A DNA stretch of 64,000 nt from Felis catus (GCF_018350175.1 NC_058369.1:25608001-25672000), one strand, 5' to 3'. Positions 26,986 to 40,138 are shown, numbered from the stretch's first letter. Translations and numbers: made by a program. The notes: generated by a model not told the origin, from the sequence alone.

Positions 26986-27773
26986 GACCCCCTTCTGTTG
27001 TATTCTCTATGGTCTCCCTAGTAACAAGCACAATGTCTGTGTAACAGTTGGTAGTTAATATCTACTAAATAAATTGATGTAAAAGAAATACATAATAAAA
27101 ATTAAAGCTGTACAAAGGGGATTAGGAAACAGCTTTCCAGAGGAGATGATCCATAAAGTAAGCCTTGAAGAACTAGTATAAATATTCAGGCAGACAAATA
27201 TTTTCCAGTGAAGGAAATTGCAGGGAGCAATTATGAAATTTATTTTTTCACTAAACTGTGAAAAATATACTCCTGGAACTGCAAGTAGTTCAACATAACA
27301 ATGGAAGACGATGAAAGGTTTTGGAGTAAGAACAATATGTAACTCCTAAGGCACCTTGTTCTTTATTCTCTAAGTGAACTAAAACATTGAGTAGACCTAC
27401 GTTTATAAACTAGAGGTGATAAGAATAGTACCTATTTTATAGGGTAGTTGTGAGAAATACAGGTGAAGTGATAAAAAAACAATGCTTAGAATAAGCAGTG
27501 ATTAGCACAATCACTATATGAACTATAGATACAGTGACATATATATGTATAACATATATATTAGATACATAGATATAGTCGCTATATATAGTGACATATA
27601 AGATATATACATTAGTGATATATAACATTAACTTTGTGATTATTTTTTAAATTGTTTCCCTAACTGAACATTTGCCCCTTAACAACCTACATAGTTAAAG
27701 TTTTTTTATGAGAATATGAACACTAATTATTTCACTTGAATTCCAAAGAATTATTTACCAATATGCTACTTAC

Positions 27774-27943
27774 ACTAACTGATTAATTGTCTTCTGCTGC
27801 TCCTTATATCTTCTGTAATTCAGCAGTTTACTTTGTGCTGGTGTATCAACACCTATGTTTTCAGGGGGGCGCACAATAGGAGGCAACTTCAAGTTCAGAG
27901 CTTCCTTTTCTGCTGCAATGACAGCTTTGTTTCCATCCGACAT
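27774..27943 (-). CDS. DNAH12: Dynein axonemal heavy chain 12, first coding exon (MSDGNKAVIAAEKEALNLKLPPIV...INQLV)
   Basis: Translation matches the recalled DNAH12 N-terminus. ATG at 27943, upstream acceptor ttttctcctcag (exon starts about 27976), donor GT|gtaagt. 170 nt, phase 2. Confidence 0.93.
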
Positions 27944-28805
27944 TTTGGTCTCCTAAAGATTAAAATACTTTATACTCTGAGGAGAAAAGGCCTATAAAGC
28001 AGTTATCGTAAATGTTAGCCTCGATATACTCATAGCATATCTTAGATATCAATTCCAAAAATTCCAGACCTTTTGAGATCTTCCTCCCAAGTTTGGTGTT
28101 AGTTTAAAGAATGACAGTTGAGGTAACTGGGAGGGATTCCTGTTACAGCTCCACATCCCACTTGCTACGAAGAAATGAATCCAGTCACTTCCCAGTTAGG
28201 GTTTCAGTTTCCCCCAGGATGAAATTGAGGAACTGGATTAGACACTTCAGTTCTAAAATCCTGGGTTCAAATTGTTCTCTAAAATGCAAACCACCACCAC
28301 CACCACCACCACTACCAAAAAATCCAGTTGTTCAGGTATAATCCCTCTCCCAAAGAAGCTGATGCTTGACATGATTAAGATTTTTAAACATCAATATTCT
28401 ATCTTCGTCTTGCTCCTTCCAAGGAAGTGATACGGTGGCCAAGCAACAACAGGCATACTTAACGCACAAGAAATCTAAAATGTCATGTAAATGTTGAACA
28501 ATTAACTGTGATACCAGCTGTTTTTGCCGTCAACGCCCACAGAATGTGCAGATTTCTGCCTTGAAAAAGAGAGTATTTCTGTCGGCACCCAGTTAGAGAC
28601 CTTCGGCTCTGGGAGAAGAGGGAAGAGAAAAGCTGAGGACAAGAAGTACCTATCTGATTGCTTTTCACCACTTCCCAGCTGCGCAGACGAGAGGCAAACG
28701 GTTCAGTTACTTAGTTTCTTCTCTGGTGAAAGGAAGAGGAAAAACAAAGTGTGAAACCTCTGGGAATCCCACCGCTCGGGAAGAGCTGGGCCGTCGCTTG
28801 TAGCG

Positions 28806-28832
28806 TACAAACAAAGTTGTCGCCATGGAAAC
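28806..28832. promoter_or_regulatory. DNAH12 promoter: RFX X-box GTCGCCATGGAAAC (28819-28832) next to a forkhead-like TACAAACAAA (28806-28815)
   Basis: Near-consensus palindromic X-box in a small CpG-enriched patch about 0.9 kb upstream of the first coding exon of a motile-cilia gene. Confidence 0.75.
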
Positions 28833-29649
28833 TGTCGCGGTTGCGGCTGGAGAGACTGGGTAGAGGTTGCCTGGAGAGGGCACATGCTCAGCTGCAACAG
28901 ACTAGGATCATCTGTCACAATAATTCATTACTCAGTTCGTTACTAATTAATCACGAATGGAGGGTGAGTGAATGAGATTTTTTTACCTGCCTTCCCTTGG
29001 AACGGGTCCAGGGAATCAGGATCTTCAAGTTGTGGAAACCTGCAAGACTGGAAATTTGGATGTGTTGGAAAATAGGATTATGTACACACTCGCTCTCACA
29101 GGAGGATCAAGTCTTCTAGCAGTGACTTCACTGTAAATAATCAGCAATATGGGTTAGTTTGTTTCTATATTTGATATTTGTTTATACAGCACTTTTCTTT
29201 CAGGAAATCCTTCATAAAAAAGGTTACAGTGTGCCAATTTTGCGTGTATGCTTGGAGATAGAAAGGTGAAACTTTGCTATTTGAGGCTGCCAAATGGATA
29301 CTCCATCTAAATGATAAGAGCCTACACAAACATCATGTGCATAAATAAAATTGGGGGGTGAGTAAGTCCTGGTGGTATATTGATGGCATATTCATTCAAC
29401 AAATATTTGAGCATCTTTTATGTGCTAGTAATGTAAAGAATTGTTTTTAGAGTACAGCCTAACTTGTATGTCTGGCACACAGCAGGTCCTCTGAAAACAT
29501 GCAGGTGAGTGAATGAACAGGTTAAATATCCTTGTAGCTTGTAATAGGAAACTGTCTTCCTGTAGAAAACAAAATACTTATATAAATATGTGATTTTTTT
29601 TTGACATTTGCTTAAGCTAAAGCTGTGGACTTAAGAGAAGATAGCAGTC

Positions 29650-30057
29650 TTTTGTATTATACCCACATCTTCTCCCAGTTATTGAATCAAACACTATTCT
29701 AGTGCTGCAATAAAGAGATTTTGCAAGTACAATTCAAATCCCTAATAAATTGATGTTAAACTAGAGAGAGTATCTGTGTGGGTCTGACTTAATCAGTGGA
29801 AATCCTTTCAAAGAGAAGGTTTAGGCATGCACTGAGTCAGACTCTAACAAGCAGTTAGGTTTATAATTGCTCTCTCCTGTCTGGATGTTTCCTTCCTGAC
29901 AGCCTGCCCTATAGATGTTGGACTTGCTTAACCAGTCCCCACAATTGCATAAGCTAATTCCTTGTAATAAATCCATATATACACATATACATACATATGG
30001 ATGTATATAAGGGATATATAACATCTGGTTCCACTTCCCTCATTAAACCCTAATACA
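29650..30057 (+). mobile_element. MLT2-like (ERVL) solo LTR
   Basis: ggacttgc...ccccacaattgcataagctaattccttgtaataaatc...ccctaataca terminus. Confidence 0.6.
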
Positions 30058-30593
30058 ATGCGTATCTTTTTTTAAGCAGCTTTATGGAGGTATAATTTAT
30101 ACACTGTAAAACTTACCATTTTAAAGTATATAATTCAATGCTATTTCCTAGTTGTAAACATTTAATTTTTAAAAAATATTTTATGTTTTAAGTAGTCTCT
30201 ACACCCAATGTGGGGCTTGAACTTACAACCTTTAGATCAAGAGTCGCATGCTCTACTGACTGAGCTAGCCTGATGCCCCCAACAATGATTTTTTTAGCAA
30301 ATGTAGAGAGTTGTACAACCATTACCAAGATTCAGAGCAAAAACATTTCCATCATTGCACAAAGTTCCCTTGGGCTCATATGCAGTCAATCCCCACTCCC
30401 ACATCCAGCCCAGGCAACCACTGATTTGCTTTTGGCCTCTACAGATTTACAATTTCTGAAATTTTCATATAAGTGGAATAAAAAGTTATATAGTCTTTTG
30501 TGTCTGGCTTCTTCCACTTAATGATAATATGTTTGAGATTCATCCAAGTGTAGTATGTAACAAAAGTTCATTTTCATTGCTAAATAGTCCTCC

Positions 30594-30595
<2 letters not shown>

Positions 30596-30649
<54 letters not shown>

Positions 30650-30650
30650 T

Positions 30651-30684
<34 letters not shown>

Positions 30685-30690
30685 ATATTT
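30596..30690. repeat. (AT)n microsatellite containing a 46-bp perfect palindrome
   Basis: AAATATGAC(AT)14GTCATATTT at 30645-30690. Confidence 0.92.
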
Positions 30691-31604
30691 GGTTTATCCA
30701 TTCACCAGTTGATGGATATTTGGATTGATTCCAGTTTGGAGCTATTATGAATAACCATGACATTCACGTATGGGTGTGTGGATGAACATACATTTTCACT
30801 TCTCATCAGTAGAAACCTAGAGTGGAATTACTGTGTTGAATGGTAAGGCTATGTTTAACCTTTTAAGAAACTGTCAAACTGTTTTCCAAAGTGGCTAAAA
30901 GATTTTATATTCCTACCAGCAATATATAAGGGGTCCAATTTCTCCATATCATTGCCAACACTTGGCATCATGTATTTTTTTTTATTACAGCCATTCTAGG
31001 GTGCACATTGTGGTATCTTGTGTTTTTAACTTGCATTTCCCTAAATACTAATGATGTTGAACATCTTTTCATTATGCTTATTATCCACTAACATATCTTT
31101 TTTTTGATGAAATGTCTATTCATACCTTTCACCCATTTTAAATTGGATTATTTAACTTTTTTATCAGTTAGTTGTAAGAGTTCTTTATATTCTAAATACA
31201 AGTCCCTTATCAGATAATTTGCAAACACATTCTCTTGGTCTATAGCTTACCTTTTCATCTTCTTAATGATGTCTTTTGAAGAGCAAGTCTTTAATCTTTT
31301 ATAAAATCAAACTCAAGATACTTTTTTTCTTTATGGGTCATGCATTTGAGGTTATGACGTATGAAAGACAAGGTCATGAAGATTTTCTCCTATATTTTCC
31401 TCTAGGTTTAGGTTTTATATTTAGATCTATGATCTATTTACAGTAAATTTCTATATTTGGTGAGAGGTATGGATCCAAGTTCATTTTTTTTTTTTTTGCA
31501 TGTAGATATATAATTGTTCCAGTATCATTTTTTTTTAAAAAGTTGTCTTTTCCCCACTGAATTGCCTTGGCATGTTTGTTGAAAAAGAATTGACAACAAA
31601 AAAG

Positions 31605-31659
<55 letters not shown>

Positions 31660-31660
31660 A
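31605..31660. repeat. (GAAA)n microsatellite
   Basis: Direct inspection. Confidence 0.95.
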
Positions 31661-31952
31661 ATTGACCATAATGTAAGGGTTTATTTCTAGACACTCAATT
31701 CTGTTCCATTGATCTACATGTCTATTTTTATACCAATGCCACACTGTCTTGATTACTGCAGCTTTATTAAGAATGGTTATAGTTTTAAAATTGGGTAGTG
31801 TCAGTCCTTCAATTTTGTTCTTTTATAGAAAGTAGTGATTTTAACTCTTCTACATCCTTTGCATTTCCATATAAATATTAGGATCGGTTTGTCAATTTCT
31901 GCAAAACAGCCAGCTGGGATTTTAATAAAACTTTTGCTTTGAAAAAAAAAGT

Positions 31953-32014
31953 TATCTATATCTATATCTATATCTATATCTATATCTATATCTATATCTA
32001 TATCTATATCTATA
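31953..32014. repeat. (TATATC)n hexanucleotide microsatellite
   Basis: Direct inspection. Confidence 0.95.
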
Positions 32015-32444
32015 ATTTGCAGCTTAAAATTCCTCCTTAAAAACTCTATTTCTTAGTCTAAGGGTTAGAAATATTATTTATGAGAGCAGATTTTATTTCA
32101 CAAGGCCTTGATTATTTAAAAGCGCTTATGGACATGACACCAAAGTGTGATTCTCTAATACTATACAAAACGTTTCTTCCACTTATTAAATGTTGAACAT
32201 GCTAAGAGAACTTCTGAGACTAACTTACTATGCTTTATACTATGCATTATTCCTTTCAAAATTAACAATGGGATAGCACAGAAATTAGTCCATATGCCTA
32301 AGTTCTTTATGGAGCTAAATTGCATATACCTTATATTAAATTATATAACTATATCATATATTACATATACTATGCTATATAGTAAAAGTATATATAATAA
32401 TATAACCATTATATATCACAATAACTTTTAAAATAAAAGAAATA

Positions 32445-33665
32445 CTTAGCAATGTTGGTGGGAACATAAAATGATACAACCACTACAGAATACAGTATTC
32501 AGATTCTTCAAAAAACTAGAAATACAACTACCTTATGATCCAGCAATTCCACTTCTGGGTGTGTACCTAAAGGAAACAGAATCACTATCTGTACCCTCCT
32601 GTTCACTGCAACATTACTTACAATAGCCAAGACATGGAAACAACCTAAGTGTAAGTGTCCATCGAAGAATAAATGGATAAAGAAAATGTGATATAGAAAG
32701 ACAGATATATAGATATTAGAACACTATTCAGCAATAAAAAACGGAAATCCTGGGGTCGCCTGAGTGGCTCAGTCGGTTGAGCATCAAGACGTCAGCTCAG
32801 GTCATGATCTCACAGTTCGTGAGTTCGAGCCCCATATTGGGCTCAGTGCTGACGGCCGAGCCTACTTTGGATTCTATGTTTCCCTCTCTCTCTGCCCCTT
32901 CCCAGCTCATTCTCTCTCTCCCTCTCTCTTTCCCTCTCTCAAAAATAAACATTGAAAAAATTTTTTAAATTTTTTTAACGTTTATTTATTATTGAGAGAC
33001 AGAGAGAGACAGAGAGTGAGCAGGGGAGGGGCAGAGAGAGGGAGACACAGAATCTGAAGCAGATTCCAGGCTCTGAGCTGTCCACACAGAGACTGACATG
33101 GGCTCGAACTCACAAACCGTGAGATCATGACCTGAGCCGAAGTCTGAGGCTTAACTGACTGAACCACCCAGGCGCCCCAACATTGAAATTAAAAAAAAAA
33201 AAAAAAGGAAATCCTGCCATCTGTAACAACATGGATAGACATTGAGGGCATTAAAAGACAAATACTGTATGATCTCACTTATATGTAGAGTCTTAAAAAA
33301 AAAAAAACTGAACAGATTGGTGGTTGCCAGAGGCAAGGGGAGGGTGGAGAGAAGGGAGATGAAGGAAACAGGTGAGATAGTGAAAAAGAAGGTAAAAACT
33401 TCCAGTTATAAGATAAACAAGTTATGGGGATATAATGTGAACCATGGTGACAATAGTTAACAATATTCTACCGTATATTTGAAAGTTGCTAAGAGAGTAG
33501 ATATTAAAAGTTCTCATCACAAGAGAAAAAAGTATAACTGTGAGGTGATGGATGTTAACTAAACTTTTGTGGTAATTATACACATGTATCATCAAATCAT
33601 CATGTTGTATACCTTGGACTAATGCAATGTTATAGGTCATTAATAGCTCAATAAAACTGGAAAAA
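32445..33665 (+). mobile_element. L1MA-type 3' end with two nested SINEs (32752-33178)
   Basis: gatccagcaattccacttctggg...ttccagttataagataaa...ctcaataaaactgga. Confidence 0.85.
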
Positions 33666-34714
33666 CAATTTTTTTAAGTTAAAGAAACAAATAGAGGGAC
33701 ACCTGGGTGGCTCAGTTGGTTACACAGCCAATTTTGGCCCAGCTCATGATCTCGTGGTTCCTGAATTCAAGCCCCATGTAGGGTTCTCTGCTGTCAGCAT
33801 GGAGCCCTGCTTCAGATCCTCTGTCCCCACCCCCTCTGCCCCTCTCTTGCTCTCTCTCTCACTCTCAAAAATAAACATTTAAAAATACTTTAAAAAAATA
33901 AAGGAACAAATACAGATTGGTCCCTTAAACAAAAAGCAAATGAAAGTTATCAGATTTTGAATACATAAGGAAGTAGCAGATTACCCTGAAGTAATAGCAC
34001 CAGGTACTACTCAAAATTTCTAAGTACTATCACTCAAAACTACAGTATCATGTTGACCTTAAGTAAAAAAAGATAAAAGTATATTATAAATTATATTGTT
34101 AGCTACCAATGTTATTAACCAAATAATGACAAGAAACTAGTCTTCATATGGTAATCTTTGCAGATATATGTATAAGTAACAAGAAAAGTCCATCAACCAT
34201 TTTTCATTAGTGAAAGTTAGCCTGTATTCCTTGGTATAGACTGAAAATGGATGAATACAATGATTTTTATTAGCTGCTTCTCCTTTTGGTGTCAGGGTAT
34301 TGGTTCAGCCTTCTGATCTCAATTTTTAATTATATAATTATAATGCATATAATTTAAAAGTTTTTTTAAGTTTATTTATTTATTTTGAGAGGCGGGGGTT
34401 GGGCAGAAAGAGAAGGACAGAGAGAGAATCCCAAGCAGGTTCCACACTGTCAGCGTGGAGCCTGATGCAAGGCTCAAACCCACAAACTGTGAGCTCATGA
34501 CCGGAGCTTAAAGCAAGAGTTGGAGGCTTAACTGACTGAGCTACCCAGGCACCCCGATAATATATATAATTTATGTGTATAATTATGCTATAATTTAGCC
34601 TCATAAAAAGAGAGCTTCAAATACACCATTTATTATGTATTATTTTCAAATCTGTTGAGTTCAAAACAAGTTTTATTTTTCTATTATTATTATTATTATT
34701 ATTGTTATTATTAT

Positions 34715-35260
34715 TTTGGTGCAAAAAAGGTGATTTTATTAAAGCACAGGGACAGGACCCATGGGCAGGAAGAGCTGCCTCAAATCAAATTTTCTATAGG
34801 AGGCTGTGATACTTTGAGACACTTTCTCTTGAAAGAACTGACAAAAGACAGTGACAGTGTAGCTGGAGCACCGGAGTGCAAGAGCACCAGGCTCTGGGAG
34901 TCCCAAACAGACCAGGTTTGGTCACTCGCCCCAGACAAACTCCAAAGGCAGAGAGATGAGTGGCGGGGAAACAAGTATCTATTTCACTGAGGCCAACAAC
35001 GGGAAGACAGTGGCCTCAAAGCCAGTCTCCAAAGTGCTGAAAATAATTGAAAGTGTGTATAAGGAAAATGTGGGCAAAGGTCAGTGGGTACCTGCAGGCA
35101 GGTAGTAAAGACCAGGTGGTTCATTGTCACAGGGCAGGTCTTGCTGCCTCGGGGCAATCTTTATTGCCCAAGGGGGTAGTTTTGGTACCCATCACAAGAT
35201 GCACTGCCTGCAGGGTCTTTTGCCTGAGTTAGAAGCTGGAAAGAAGAATGTAATCAATTA
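34715..35260 (-). mobile_element. Probable ERV LTR fragment(s)
   Basis: GC-richer block with antisense poly(A) signal and LTR-like phrasing. Family not determined. Confidence 0.4.
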
Positions 35261-36719
35261 GAAAGTTTGAAGTCGTCTTTCAAAAAGAGGAAGGTACTGA
35301 ACCATGGGTCCATTATATTCCAATTTGTGTAAAAAAGTAGTTGGAAGGTACATACATATTCGTGTTTGTGTATTCATAGGAGTCAGCAGTGGAAAGATGA
35401 AAGATTCCACTTGGAAAGGTGAAAGATTTTTTTCACCATGGGTATGTTTTACCCTTTCAAAAAAATTAAAAATACATGTATTTAAAACTAAGAGAAGTAT
35501 GACACTTAAAGTCATCTGTCTCAAAACCAGGTTTAAGGGGTGCCTGGGTGGCTCAGTCAGGTAAGTGTCCAACTCTTGGTCTCACCTCAGGTCATGATCT
35601 TAGGGTTGGTGAGTTGGAGCAAGTCCAGCTCCTCACTGAGACCGGAGACTGCTTGGGATTCTCTCTGTACCTCTCTCTACCCTCCCGCTCCCTCAAAATA
35701 AAGTAAATAAACATTCGGGGCGCCTGGGTGGCTCAGTCGGTTGGGCAGCCGACTTCGGCTCAGGTCATGATCTCGCGGTCCATGGGTTCGAGCCCCGCGT
35801 CGGGCTCTGTGCTGACAGCTCAGAGCCTGGAGCCTGTTTCGGATTCTGTGTCTCCCTCTCTCTGACCCTCCCCCATTCATGCTCTGTCTCTCTCTGTCTC
35901 AAAAATAAATAAACGTTAAAAAAAAATTAAAAAAATAAATAAATAAAGTAAATAAACATTAAAAAAAGAAAAAGACTGCTAAGCATTAAATATATCAGTT
36001 TGCTTGAAGGAAACTCACATTTTCTAGTAGGGCTTCTATCTTTCTTTAAATAGGCTGATTTAAGATTGACTGGACTCTGCAAAGTTGCATGAGGGCAAAT
36101 GCTGTAGATAAGAAAAGTGCCATTTAAAAATTCATATTTGTAAATGGGGTTCTATAAACTGGACTACTGAGGCTTATTTTCTTTATTCCTTAGGTTAGTC
36201 CCAGCTAACACAAAGTAAAGACTTTTATCACTATACTGTAGCCTGGCATTGCATATATATACTATCAGTAGCCAGTCACCTTATCAAATATTTGGTGGGT
36301 GGGGAGAGGGGAGGACAGGAACAGAAATTTCAAATGATTGCAAACTTCATCCTGCTTCTAGAACACAGTTGAAAAGGTCTATTTTCTTCGTGGTAAGCCA
36401 GGGGGAAAGGTATGGCTTATTATTAGATGCCCAGTAAGTAAGCATTCTAGTTGTAGGAGAAGGAAATGTGGATACAAATAGAGCATTTATGGACAGAAGT
36501 GACTTCCCAATTTGTTTTTTGAATCTTCAAGGTGTTTTTTCATCTAATCACAGAATATTAATTATATTCAACACAGTCCCTCTTGAAACACTTTATTTGG
36601 CTTTCAGCGAAGCTACACTGTCTATTCTCCATCTCATGAAATGTGTGTGTGACCTTCAGCAGGTAACTTAGTCACTCCGGACCTCGCAACTACAAAAAAA
36701 ATGTTTCTTAACGTAGTCG

Positions 36720-38420
36720 TCAAACCTTAAGTGCTAATTCTTGTATAACGCTCGTCGTTATTAACTACCACAAAAACGGCTGTGTCCTTCTGCGCCGGCC
36801 GGCCTGAGGCGAACCCATCCACAACTCGGAGAGGGCGAGCAGCATGGAGAATGCTATGGAAAGAAACTGGGCAACGCTTTCCAAGGTCGGAGGCAGCTGG
36901 CAATCCCAGTCGAGCTCCCCACGCTCTCGCGCAGGTCAGCCCGGCAGCGCTCGCAGACAAGAACGCGGGCTAGAATCCAAAAACACCACGACGACAACGC
37001 CCCAGCGACTTCCGCACTTTTCCTTCAGCCCCATAACTGTACTTTCGCTAAAACCATGGGAGTCTAATATTTCCCTCTGGCACCTTTACAGTTGCTTTAT
37101 TCCCCCCCTCTTTATGGCTTTATTTGAAGATAAAGATTAAGTTGGAAAGGATCAAAGACAGGTGTGGCTATGGAAAAAGGGATCAGTTGAGCGGCGTGGC
37201 GAAAGTGCGGAGCGGAAGCACTCCGAGCGCCCTCCCCATCCCCAGCCGGAAGTTGTGGGACTGAATGGATCACGGAGCCGGCGGCTGTAGGTCTCCAGTC
37301 TTCATCTGACGCTTGGCGGCCGCTGAGCCACCAGGTTCATGTGGAGGCTCCCAGGCTCCCGCGCCGCGCTTCGTGGGGTCCGCACGGCGGTGGGGCGGCA
37401 CACTCGGGCCGAGGCGGCGACTGAGACGGCGGCGGGAGCGATGGAGCGCGCTGTGGTGCGCTGTGTGCCTTCGGAACCGAAGCTAAGCCTGTCGTTCGCT
37501 CTGGCAGACGGCAGCCACAAGAACATGCAGCGCGACCAAAGCGAGCCGCTGGGTCGGGCCCTCAGCCGGATTGCTACCAACGCCCTCAAAGGCCACGCTA
37601 AGGCGGCCGCCGCCAAGAAGAGCAGGAAGAACCGGCCAAATGCAAGTGGCGGGGCCTGTGCGGGGCCTGTGTCGGAGCCGGCTGCGGCCTGCGAGCCCGT
37701 CGTGAAGCTGTACTACCGGGAGGAGGCAGTGGCCGAAGACGTGCTCAACGTGGACGCCTGGCAGGACGGCGCGGTGCTGCAGATCGGCGATGTCAAGTAC
37801 AAGGTGGAGCGCAACCCGCCCGCCTTCACCGAGCTGCAGTTGCCACGCTACATCATGGCCGGCTTCCCGGTGTGCCCCAAGCTCAGCCTCGAATTTGGGG
37901 ATCCCGCCAACTCGCTCTTCCGATGGTACAAGGAAGCCAAACCCGGAGCGGCGGAGCCTGAGGGCGGGAGCCCCTCGTCATTGTCTCCCTCTTCACCCTT
38001 TCCTAGTTGGACAGAGACGGGTGTGAACGAACGCGTCTACACGCCGTCCAATGCAGACATAGGGCTGCGACTCAAGCTTCATTGCACCCCAGGCAATGGG
38101 CAGCGCTTCGGGCCAAGCCGGGAGTTGGAAAGTGTGTGTCCGGTGGAGGCTGGGCCCGGTACTTGCACCTTTGACCAGCGGCATCTCTACACCAAGAAGG
38201 TGACGGACGATTCTCTCATTCGCACTGTGTCTTACAACCTCCTGGCCGACACGTACGCCCAGACTGAGTTTTCGAGGAGTGTCCTCTACCCGTACTGTGC
38301 CCCTTATGCCCTCGAGCTCGACTACCGCCAGAACCTCATCCAGAAGGAGCTCACGGGCTACAACGCTGACCTCATCTGTTTGCAAGAGGTAGATCGCAAC
38401 GTGTTTACCGACAGCTTGGT
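36720..38420. promoter_or_regulatory. CpG island at PDE12 promoter/exon 1 with ETS/GABPA-type sites CGGAAG (37213-37218) and CCGGAAGT (37246-37253)
   Basis: High GC and CpG density against an AT-rich background. Tandem ETS cores about 90-125 nt upstream of the ATG. Confidence 0.8.
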
Positions 38421-38643
38421 GCCGGCACTCGAGGCCTTTGGGCTGGAGGGCGTGTTTAGAATCAAGCAGCACGAAGGCCTGGCTACTTTCTACCGAAAGA
38501 CCAAATTCACTCTCCTTAGCCAGCATGACATTTCTTTCCACGAAGCCCTGGAGTCCGACCAACTTCACAAAGAACTGCTGGAGAAACTAGTTTTGTACCC
38601 GTCTGCTCAGGAGAGGGTGCTCCAGAGATCTTCTGTCCTCCAG
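37339..38643 (+). CDS. PDE12: 2',5'-phosphodiesterase 12 (mitochondrial deadenylase, EEP/CCR4 family), exon 1
   Basis: 437-aa ORF MWRLPG...MERAVVRCVPSEPKL...SYNLLAD...ICLQEVD; donor CAG|gtaaag at 38643/38644. Confidence 0.97.
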
Positions 38644-40059
38644 GTAAAGTAGCTCCACCATTCTCTTTACATACACATCGATTTTTAGGGGCGTGGCAGT
38701 TTTTTTCAGATTTTACTGAAAGGTGTTCGCTCTTTTATCTTCAGCACAAAGGTTAGCTTTCATTCATTCATTGAGCAGATATTTATTGAGCACCTTTACT
38801 GTGTCACAACAAGCTGCAGGTTGCCTTGAACAGATTAGCGGACTTTCATAGTGCTTACACTCTTAATGAGAGAGCTCAATATGCTCAATACAAGAACATA
38901 GTAATAGCTAATATTTTCTCACTTCTTGCCAAGCATTGTTCTGACACATTTTAAAACTTGAAACAAGGGCGCCTGGGTGGCTCAGTCGGTTGAGCGTCAG
39001 ACTTCGGCTCAGGTCATGATCTCACAGTTCATGGGCTCAGGTCATGATCTCACAGTTCATGAGTTCCAGCCCCACATCAGGCTCTGTGCTGACAGCTCAG
39101 GGCCTGGAGCCTGCTTCGGATTCTGTGTCTCCCTCTCTCTCTGCTCCTCCCCTGCTCACACTCTGTCTCTCTTTCAAAAATAAATAAAGATTAAAAAAAA
39201 AATTTTTTTAAACCTTGAAACAAAAAAATTGAAGTAAAAACAAAACACCACAAAGCTTTTAAAATTTAGGTGTCTGGTATGTTTAAGTATTCCATAAATA
39301 TTAATATTTTAATTTTGGCTCACAGTAATCCTGCCATTTCCATTTTACAGATGTTATTATAAATAGGGAAGTGTTCAAGTTTACTTATTCCAAGTTCACA
39401 CAAAGTGAAGCCAGGATTCTTACCCAGTGAATTATATTCCATCATCACTGAGCAGAGTATTAAGCTGCCTTAGTTTTTAAAAAAAACAATGTTATTTGTA
39501 TATTTGTCCAGCGTTTTTAGCTAACTGGTTTTGTTCATAGTAAGATTTTAGAGTAGCTACTTTTTTTTTTTTTTTTTTTTTGAGCATCCAGTGTGTTTCC
39601 TGAACTGTAAGCTCATTTAGTTGGATCCATACAACAGTCCCCCTTGAGGTGGATATTGCCTTTTTTTAAACCAGTGACCAAGCTGGCTTAGGAAAAAAGT
39701 ATCTCTCTTCAGGTCACACTGCTGTGAATGTTTAAGAGTGGGGATTCCATCTAGGTGCACCTGACTCCAGAGCCTGCCCTTATCCACTTAAAAACACTGT
39801 CTCTAACCTTAGTGTTATCCAAAATATGTCCTTTTCTTATTCCCTGTATATGTTGAACTGTTACTAAGACATGTTAGGCTGAATGAATCCTATTCATGTG
39901 TATTCTAAAACTTGTAGCAAAAGTTTAATTTAATTGCGATCATACTTCATTAGGGAAGGTTATGAAATGTCCGTTCATCATATATAGTCTTAGATTTAAA
40001 AAAAACATCCAGGAAATTGGCAGATAGCAACTGAACTCTTGGCACTTGGTTTATTTTAG

Positions 40060-40138
40060 GTTTCTGTTCTTCAGTCTACAAAGGACTCGTCTAAAAGGAT
40101 ATGTGTTGCTAATACCCATCTGTACTGGCATCCAAAAG
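40060..40138 (+). CDS. PDE12: PDE12 exon 2 (VSVLQSTKDSSKRICVANTHLYWHPK)
   Basis: ttttag acceptor, G|gtagg donor, CCR4-family VANTHLYW motif, 79 nt. Confidence 0.96.

Larger units (their letters stand above)
30065..31940 (-). mobile_element. Old L1 (L1M-type) ORF2 and 3' UTR fragment
   Basis: ORF 31535..31744 begins [17 protein letters not shown] (L1 ORF2). Typical antisense L1 text. Confidence 0.85.

Noticed and set aside
36727..37140. Short ORFs upstream of PDE12
   Set aside because: Expected by chance in a CpG island; no splice or homology support.
37993..38568. 191-aa antisense ORF (also 37302..37616 and 37790..38026)
   Set aside because: Shadow ORFs of the GC-rich PDE12 exon 1 with no independent evidence.
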